From Acidobacteriota bacterium (lineage in GTDB: Bacteria > Acidobacteriota > Vicinamibacteria > Marinacidobacterales > Marinacidobacteraceae): a stretch of DNA of 64,000 nucleotides. The stretch lies in NCBI GenBank assembly GCA_022826825.1, contig JAJDUD010000008.1, positions 11,643 to 75,642 of the forward strand, in the 5' to 3' direction. The position numbers and the translations under genes were made by a program. Of this stretch, positions 57,433 through 64,000 are shown in pieces (position 1 is the stretch's first letter; the number at the start of each line of letters is the position of its first letter). Under the pieces are notes generated by a model. The model saw nothing but the letters and a program-made list of their open reading frames with translations, was not told the DNA's origin and ran no database searches.

Positions 57433-58236
57433 TCAGCCCTCCCACACCAGGAAGTGGCTTTGCCAGCGGGATAGCGGGCTCTCCCCCGTCGCCTGGAAGT
57501 GGTTCCACGCCTCGATCGCGGTCATCGGCGTCTCCAGACTCCGGGGATTCCGGAACGTGTAGGTGGGGCCGCCACGCTCTTCCTCGCGGGCGTAGGTCCG
57601 GACGTCGCGCCGCAGGTCCGGGCGCTCCATGTCGAAGGGAACCAGGTCCGTCGTGGCCCCCACCCCGTCGTGCCGGAACCCGGGGGCCGCGCGCAGCAGT
57701 CCGGCCACCCGTTCCTCGCCGTACTGCGCCGAGACGCTCAGCAGCAGCACGCCGCCCGGTTTCAGGTAATCCCGGGCGCCCCGGACGACCACCCGCCGCA
57801 TCTCGAAGCCGTCTCCCACCGGGCTCGACGAGGGAGGGTTCGCAATCATGAAGTCGGTCGTGTCCCGGAACGCCGCGAGCACTCGCCGGCCTTCCGCCGA
57901 GGCCGGTTGGTAGGCGTCCGATTCGACGAACCGGACCCTGTCGTCCACCTGGTTGGCGCGGGCGTTCTCCCGGGCCGCCGCCACGCCGCGGGGGTCGAGT
58001 TCCAGCCCGAGCACCTCCTCCACCCCGGCGAGCCGGGCGGCGGCGATGGCGAGCAGCCCGGAACCGCTGCCCCAGTCGAGCCCGCGTCCCCGAAAGCGGC
58101 CGGTGTCGGCCGCGATCGCCTTCAGGGCGATCCGGCTGGCGGGCGTGGGAACGAAAGCGCCCTCCGGATGGTGGATCCGGAGGGGCTCCGCGCCGAGGGC
58201 GGAAGGGACGGGGATTTCGCTGTGCTCCGGCGCCAT
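57433..58236 (-). CDS. class I SAM-dependent methyltransferase (small MTS/HemK-like)
   Basis: SAM-binding LDWGSGSGLLAIA (motif I) and a substrate-binding IANPP motif. Confidence 0.6.
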   Translation of the reverse strand: MAPEHSEIPVPSALGAEPLRIHHPEGAFVPTPASRIALKAIAADTGRFRGRGLDWGSGSGLLAIAAARLAGVEEVLGLELDPRGVAAARENARANQVDDRVRFVESDAYQPASAEGRRVLAAFRDTTDFMIANPPSSSPVGDGFEMRRVVVRGARDYLKPGGVLLLSVSAQYGEERVAGLLRAAPGFRHDGVGATTDLVPFDMERPDLRRDVRTYAREEERGGPTYTFRNPRSLETPMTAIEAWNHFQATGESPLSRWQSHFLVWEG

Positions 58237-58393
58237 CGGGACGGGAATCTACCTGTTGACGCGCGACTCGCCGGACTGGCCGGGCTACCGCCTGGAGGTC
58301 CCCTTCGGGAGCACCCGCCGACGCTCCCGGCCGGGGGTCCCGGCGGTGCGCGGGCCGCGTCAGCGGCCGGCTCCGCCGGGATGGCTGCCGATC

Positions 58394-61345
58394 CTAGAAC
58401 TCCAGGCGGAAGGCGAACTGCGCCGCCCGCGGACCGTAGGCGGTGGAAGTGATCTGTCTCGGAGCGCCGAAGCTGCTCGAGTCGAGGACCCCGTTGTAGC
58501 GGCCGTAGTTCTCGTGGTTGAGCAGGTTGAAGACCTCGGCGATCGCAGAGACTCTCACCGGTCCGAAGTTGAAGATCTTCGAGAGGCGAACGTCAACCTT
58601 GTGCAGCGCCTCGCCCAGCAGCGCGTTCCTCGGCGCCTCGTTGCCGGGGCCGGTCCCGATCACGTCGGGTCCGTCGAAGCGATGCAGAACATCCGGATTC
58701 ACGATGATCGGATCTCCAAGATTCAGGCGATTCCGGCTGGCACTCTTCCCGTACGGCCGGCCGCCGACGGTCGTATCGAAGCGGTTTCCGGAGCCGTAGA
58801 AGTAGGCGCCCGAGATCGAGAAGTCGTACGGAAGCTGGTAGATCCCGTTGATACGGAACGTGTTCCGCTGAAGGTCGAGGGCGTTGGCCCACTCGGCGTC
58901 GGGGTCGAACGTGTTGTTGGGGAAGTCGAACCAGCCACGGGTGTCGTCACGCTTGAAGAAGATGTAGGTGTGCGTCACGTTGACCTGGAAGTTGTCCCGG
59001 AACCGGCGTCGCAGCCCGCTGGAGAGCCCCAGGTAGTCCTGCTTGCCGGTGCTCTCGATGTAGCGGATCCGGGTGAAGTTGGGATCCAGCCGGCCGGGCA
59101 CGTTGTAGCCCGTCACCGGATCGTAGATCTGGTTCGGGTCGGTGGCGCGCGGGGTGTTGGTTTCCTTCCAGTGGAGCAGATCGGTCTCGAATCCCCACAA
59201 CGTACCGAGCTGCTTCTGGAAACCGATCGAGGTCTGCCACGTGTACGGCAGGGCGAAGTTGTGGGCGATCGTCCGCGGCGCCTGGGGCGGAACCGGCACT
59301 TCACCGTTCAGGATCTGCTGCGGCGTCACTCCCCGGGTGGGATCCTGCAAGAAGCCCGGCATCCCGTCGTTCGGGAAAGAGTTCACCAGAATTCGCTGAC
59401 CGTTGAAGGACTGCTGGCTGAACGTGACGTTCGACGAGCTGATCGTGTGATAGATGCCCGATCCGCCGCGAATGACCAGATCGCCGGTACCGCCGACGTC
59501 ATACGCGAATCCGCCGCGGGGCGCGAAGTTGTTGGTGTCGCGGATGTCCCACTTGAACAGGGAGTCTCCGGCCTGGCGGCCCTCGCTCGGTCCGGCAAAC
59601 GGCGTCATGATGTCGTTGCCCGGCGGCGCCAGAGCACCCCAGTCCAGGTCGTAGCGGACGCCGAAGTTCACGACCAGGTTGTCGTTCACCCGCCAGGTGT
59701 CGGCCAACCAGACGGCCCAGGTCGGACGGGGGATATCAATGATCCAGTTGCCGACGTTCTGGCTGAAGCGGGCCACCGTGTGGTCGAGCCCGCTCACGTC
59801 CCAGCAACTCGGGTTGGTGGCGCACTCGATAGGGAAACGGCGTTCGAGGTCGGCGGGACGCTCGTTGAAGATGAACTCGCCCCTCTCGAGCAGGTGCCAC
59901 TCGCCGCCGTCCTTCCAGCTCAGGAACTCGCCGCCCAGTTTCAGGTCATGTTCCGTCTTGTCCCAGTTCAACTGAAAACGGGCGGAGAACACGTCCTGAG
60001 TGAACAACTGCGGGAAATTCCGCGGTCCACCGAACGTGATCCCCGGAAAGACGTAGTTCGGTTGACAACTGGACTGATCCTGCTGTGGCTGGCCGAAGGT
60101 CTGGTCACAGCCGCCAATCGAAGCATCGGCCAGCTTGTTCGTCCACTCGAAGCCGTTGTAGCCGAGCTTCAACTCGCTGAAGATTTCCGGGCTCCACAGA
60201 TGACTCCACGTCGCGAGCACGTTCGTTGAGTCCTGCGTGCGCGCCCGGGCGTTTGAAGGGTGCGCTGAACTCGACAGGTTGAACGCGGTCTCGAAATCCC
60301 AGTAGGAGACCCGGTAGGAGAGCTGATCGTTGTCGGAAGCGGTGTGATCGACGCGGGCGGTGAAGCTGTTCTGCGTTTCCGGCGTCTCGAACACCCACTC
60401 CTGGTTCGGGAGGCGGGCCGGCTGGACGAAGACGCTGCCCGGCTGTCGCTCGTACTCGTACGAGACGAAGTAGTGGACCTTGTCCTCAACGATGGGGCCA
60501 CCGAGCACCCCACCCACCTGCTGGTTCTCGAACGGCAGCACTTCTTCGGCGATGTGATCCTCGGCGTTGAAGCGGTCGTCACGGAAGTACCCGTAGAGGC
60601 TGCCGGTGAAGTTGTTGGTGCCCGAGCGGGTGATGGCGTTCACCTGCCCTCCGGAGGAGCGGCCCTGGGTAACGTCGAATTGACTCGTGACGATCTGGAA
60701 CTCGGCGATGGCCTCACGGCTGAACTTGGGTTGACCGAAACCGGAACTCGCCACCTGCTGGGTGATCTGCTGGCCATCCAGATTGAGCTGGAAGCTCTCG
60801 TCCCGGGTGATGCCTGGACGATTGTTGTTGGTGTCGTTGGCGGTGATGCCCTTCACGAGCAGGGCGAGCTCCATCCAGTTGCGCCCCTGCACCGGCAGGT
60901 CGTCCATCATGCGGCGATCCACGTTGCCGGCCACTTCCGAGGACACCAGGTCCACGAGGGGCGCCTCCGCGGTGACGGTGATCGTCTCCTCGACGCCCGC
61001 GAGCGCCATCTGGATCGTGATGTCGGCGTTCTGACCCACCAGCAACTCCATCTCCGGCACGACCATGTTGGCGAAGCCGGACAGGGTCGCTTCCACCCGG
61101 TATACGCCGGGTGGCAGCGCGGGCGCCCGGAACGCCCCCGAGTCGTCGGTTACCGCCACGGTCTGCCGCCCGGTGTTGTTTTCGACGACCAGGACCGTGA
61201 CCCCGGGGAGAGCGCCTCCGGAGGTGTCCTCCACCGTTCCGGAGAGCGTCGCGGATTCCTGGGCCACCACGGCGACAGGGAGCAACAGAAGGCCCGCGAA
61301 GGCGAGCACCGACCACCGGCACATCCAATTCTGCATGACAGCCAC
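58394..61345 (-). CDS. TonB-dependent outer-membrane receptor with an N-terminal carboxypeptidase-regulatory-like domain, second copy
   Basis: Signal peptide. Ig-like GGALPGVTVLVVENNTGRQTVAVTDDSGAFR, a plug, and a long barrel ending ...QFAFRLEF. Confidence 0.7.
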   Translation of the reverse strand: MAVMQNWMCRWSVLAFAGLLLLPVAVVAQESATLSGTVEDTSGGALPGVTVLVVENNTGRQTVAVTDDSGAFRAPALPPGVYRVEATLSGFANMVVPEMELLVGQNADITIQMALAGVEETITVTAEAPLVDLVSSEVAGNVDRRMMDDLPVQGRNWMELALLVKGITANDTNNNRPGITRDESFQLNLDGQQITQQVASSGFGQPKFSREAIAEFQIVTSQFDVTQGRSSGGQVNAITRSGTNNFTGSLYGYFRDDRFNAEDHIAEEVLPFENQQVGGVLGGPIVEDKVHYFVSYEYERQPGSVFVQPARLPNQEWVFETPETQNSFTARVDHTASDNDQLSYRVSYWDFETAFNLSSSAHPSNARARTQDSTNVLATWSHLWSPEIFSELKLGYNGFEWTNKLADASIGGCDQTFGQPQQDQSSCQPNYVFPGITFGGPRNFPQLFTQDVFSARFQLNWDKTEHDLKLGGEFLSWKDGGEWHLLERGEFIFNERPADLERRFPIECATNPSCWDVSGLDHTVARFSQNVGNWIIDIPRPTWAVWLADTWRVNDNLVVNFGVRYDLDWGALAPPGNDIMTPFAGPSEGRQAGDSLFKWDIRDTNNFAPRGGFAYDVGGTGDLVIRGGSGIYHTISSSNVTFSQQSFNGQRILVNSFPNDGMPGFLQDPTRGVTPQQILNGEVPVPPQAPRTIAHNFALPYTWQTSIGFQKQLGTLWGFETDLLHWKETNTPRATDPNQIYDPVTGYNVPGRLDPNFTRIRYIESTGKQDYLGLSSGLRRRFRDNFQVNVTHTYIFFKRDDTRGWFDFPNNTFDPDAEWANALDLQRNTFRINGIYQLPYDFSISGAYFYGSGNRFDTTVGGRPYGKSASRNRLNLGDPIIVNPDVLHRFDGPDVIGTGPGNEAPRNALLGEALHKVDVRLSKIFNFGPVRVSAIAEVFNLLNHENYGRYNGVLDSSSFGAPRQITSTAYGPRAAQFAFRLEF

Positions 61346-61672
61346 CTTCCTTATGTCCTACCTAGTTTCCAAGGTACGTTCCAACGTTAGGAGCTTTCGA
61401 TTCGGAAAGTCAAACGTGAAACCGAAGGCGGTAACCCATTGATTTTAGGTTCTCTTTTGCAGTCCTGATTGGCACTCGAACGGCCTCTTGGGTTCGCCGC
61501 GCGCGGCGGCACTCCGGGACTCGAGCCTGTGGGCCGGTCGCCGAATTCCGGTATCCAAAGGCCACCCAAGCGCGCGTCCGCCGCGTCCTTTCCCTCCCGC
61601 GGAACGGGCGCATCGGAGTGGTCCGTTATTTTTGCGGCTCTCGTTCGGCGTCTGCTATGTTGCGGACGGGGT

Positions 61673-63748
61673 ATGCGGAAGAGATCGTGGCGGATGCGTC
61701 ATCCGGCTTTCGTCCTTCTGCTGTGGTCGATCACGGCATCCGCCGCTCCGGCGCAGGAGCTGACTCCCGACCACCGCCGGTGGCTGGAGGAAGAGGTCAC
61801 CTACGTCATCACGGAACGGGAAGCGGACGTCTTCCGGGCGCTGGGCACGGCGGACGAGCGAGACCGATTCATCGAGGCGTTCTGGCGGAAACGGGATCCG
61901 GTCCCGGGCACTCCCGGAAACGAGTTCCGGGAGGAGCATTACCGGCGTCTGGACTACGCCAACCGCGAACTCCGGGGCGCAGCGTTCTCGCCCGGTTGGA
62001 GGACGGACCGGGGCCGGATGCACATCATCCTGGGTCCGCCCCGCAGCATCGAGACGTTCGACAACTACAACCAGCTCTACACGAGCCAACTCTGGTTCTA
62101 CCACGGCGACCCGGAAAGGAACCTGCCATCGTTTTTCTACCTGCTCTTCTTCAAGCGGCAGGACGCGGTCCAGTATCGGCTGTTCATTCCGGGCGCGGAC
62201 GTTCCGGGAGACCTGCTGCGGGGCCCCGCGCGCTCGTTTCCCGAGCGGAACATGGAACAACTCGTTCGGATTTCGCCGGAGCTGGCGCGGGCCGCGCTCG
62301 CCGTGGACGCGTCGGAAGCCATCGACATCATGGGTGGCACCGTCGGCCTCGGATCCGAGGCCGCCATGGCGCGCATCGAGGCGTCGCCGAAGTTCGCGAT
62401 CCGCACCGACTACCTCGACGCCTGGGAACGCTACGGCCGCCGGGTATCGGCGGAGTACTCGTTCAACTTCGTGCCCAGCGAGGACAGTTTCGCGGTGCTG
62501 GTCGGTCCGGACAGCACGTCCTACCTCCACTTCAGCATCGAGCTCGACCTCGAAGACCTGCCGATGGACACGAGCCGCGACGGCTCGCGCTTGTTCACGA
62601 CGATCGACGCCAGCCTCGAGGTACGCGACCGCGAGGGCCGCCTGATACTCACGGACGAGAGGGAGGCCTTCGTCCAATTGTCGAAGGAGCAGTTGGACAC
62701 GATCCGGGGTTCGAGGTTCGCCTACCAGGACGGTGTCCCGCTGGCCCCGGGTGACTACGAGGTGATGCTCATCCTGCGCAATCGCGTGTCCCGTCAGTAC
62801 ACGGTGGCGGAGCGCTCGGTGAGCGTCACCGATCCGCCGCGCGGCCGGCCGGCGCTGAGCGACGTCGTGCTGGGCTTTCGGACCGAGGTGATGCCGGACG
62901 GCTTGGGAACGTTCAAGACGTTTCAGGCTGGCGCGACGCGGGTTCACCCCGCCCCCGGGGGCATCTTCGCGACCGGCGAAACCGTGCACTGCGTCCTTCA
63001 GGTGCTCGCGGCCGACCCCTCGCACGAGCTGCATTTCGCCGTGTTCCGGGGGGACGAGGTGGTGGCGGAACGCGTCCGCGCCGTCCTCGGCACGGAGCCG
63101 CCCTTCATCGAGGAGCAGTTCAGCCTGGAGGGCGCGCCAGCGGATCGCTACGAACTTCGGGTACGGCTTCAGAACGCCGGCGGGAGCGTGTTGGCCGAGA
63201 GGACCGCGCCGCTCTCGATCTCGCCGCGCGGGAGCATTCCGCGGGCGGGCCTGTTCGCCCGCCGGAGCTTCAACGCCGCGCGGCGCGCCCTGGTGGCGGT
63301 CGTCCTCGGCGACCAGCACTGGGCGATGGAGGATTTCGCCGCGGCCGAGCGGCTCTTCGAGCGGGCTGCCGCGGAAGCGGATCCGGAAGTCCCGCAGGCG
63401 CAGTGGAAGCTCGCCGCTTCCTACCTTCGCTCCGGCAGGGCCGAATCGGCCCTGCGTCTTCTCCTGCCCTTACAGTTCGAGCACGCTGATCGCTACGAGG
63501 TGGTCGTCGGCCTCGGACTTGGCTTCTATCTGAGGGGCAACCTCGAGGCGGCCGTCCCGCACCTGGCGAAGGCCGTCTCGCTGAGGCCGCCGCAACCCGG
63601 CATTCTCAACGCGCTGGGCGACGCCTATGTGCGGTTGGGAGACAAGGCGAGGGCTCGCGAAGTCTTCGAACGCTCGGTCGCCATCGACCCCGAACAGCAC
63701 GACATTCAGGAGCGTCTCGCCGAACTCGAACTCGGCAATCCGCCCTGA
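61673..63748 (+). CDS. GWxTD-domain protein with C-terminal TPR repeats
   Basis: Signal peptide. PGWRTDRG is the family-defining GWxTD motif, and the surrounding RLDYANRELRGAAF...WRTDRGRMHIILGPP context matches. The C-terminal ~180 aa hold TPR-like repeats. An alternative start is 61694 (MRHPAFV). Confidence 0.65.
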   Translation: MRKRSWRMRHPAFVLLLWSITASAAPAQELTPDHRRWLEEEVTYVITEREADVFRALGTADERDRFIEAFWRKRDPVPGTPGNEFREEHYRRLDYANRELRGAAFSPGWRTDRGRMHIILGPPRSIETFDNYNQLYTSQLWFYHGDPERNLPSFFYLLFFKRQDAVQYRLFIPGADVPGDLLRGPARSFPERNMEQLVRISPELARAALAVDASEAIDIMGGTVGLGSEAAMARIEASPKFAIRTDYLDAWERYGRRVSAEYSFNFVPSEDSFAVLVGPDSTSYLHFSIELDLEDLPMDTSRDGSRLFTTIDASLEVRDREGRLILTDEREAFVQLSKEQLDTIRGSRFAYQDGVPLAPGDYEVMLILRNRVSRQYTVAERSVSVTDPPRGRPALSDVVLGFRTEVMPDGLGTFKTFQAGATRVHPAPGGIFATGETVHCVLQVLAADPSHELHFAVFRGDEVVAERVRAVLGTEPPFIEEQFSLEGAPADRYELRVRLQNAGGSVLAERTAPLSISPRGSIPRAGLFARRSFNAARRALVAVVLGDQHWAMEDFAAAERLFERAAAEADPEVPQAQWKLAASYLRSGRAESALRLLLPLQFEHADRYEVVVGLGLGFYLRGNLEAAVPHLAKAVSLRPPQPGILNALGDAYVRLGDKARAREVFERSVAIDPEQHDIQERLAELELGNPP

Positions 63749-63770
63749 CCCGACCGTGGAGTAACGCCCT

Positions 63771-64000
63771 ATGCATCGAAATCCTGACAGGCGCCTGTCG
63801 CTGATTCTCGCCGGCGCGATGGTTCTGGCTTCCGGAGCGCTGGCGCAACCGCGACGCGGAGCCACGTACCCGGCGTCACGGCACGGCGGGAACTACATGC
63901 ACAACTTCTACTTCCCGCCGGCGCCGAGCTCGACTCCCTGGGCCCCGGACTGGTCGCCCGATGGGGAGTGGATCGCGGTCGCGATGAGCGGGTCGATCTG
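63771..64000 (+). CDS. 5' fragment of a secreted protein, possibly TolB-like beta-propeller; runs off the window
   Basis: Signal peptide LSLILAGAMVLASGALAQ. WSPDGEWIAV resembles a TolB/PD40 repeat. Confidence 0.3.
   Translation, partial: MHRNPDRRLSLILAGAMVLASGALAQPRRGATYPASRHGGNYMHNFYFPPAPSSTPWAPDWSPDGEWIAVAMSGSI

Overview
This 64-kb window is about 70% GC, and in that composition many of the long ORFs in the six-frame track are antisense or frame-shadow artefacts. Protein content (TonB-dependent receptors carrying an N-terminal carboxypeptidase-regulatory-like domain, a GWxTD-domain protein, many Sec/Tat-exported hydrolases) points to a diderm such as Gemmatimonadota or Acidobacteriota, and that assignment is inference only. 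The main find is a minus-strand class I lanthipeptide biosynthetic cluster at about 20.3-31.0 kb, in transcription order lanA, lanC, lanB, periplasmic-adaptor lipoprotein, C39-peptidase ABC exporter, GAF/HlyD fusion. The LanA precursor pairs a textbook double-glycine leader with an 86-residue core holding 15 Cys and 16 Ser/Thr, far larger than usual. A TonB-dependent receptor gene sits directly upstream on the same strand, and a lower-GC islet at 17.5-20.3 kb (DUF2914-like protein, small membrane protein, ImmA/IrrE-like metallopeptidase) abuts the other end. A family of MITE-like palindromic repeats with two-hairpin terminal inverted repeats recurs at seven or more intergenic sites, usually straight after TAG stop codons, including one tandem duplication and two copies of a composite variant. 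The rest is housekeeping and catabolic: a lysine-aminotransferase-like enzyme, an M20 amidohydrolase, two fumarylacetoacetate-hydrolase (FAH) family proteins, two Amidohydro_3 enzymes, an amidase, a DUF1028 protein, threonine aldolase, transketolase, a D-amino-acid-oxidase-like protein, APC and MFS transporters, RidA, DinB, a matrixin-like protease, a CRTAC1-like protein and a VapC/Phd pair. Coordinates come from the ORF track with manual start refinement and carry roughly a 1-3 nt uncertainty; repeat boundaries are approximate.
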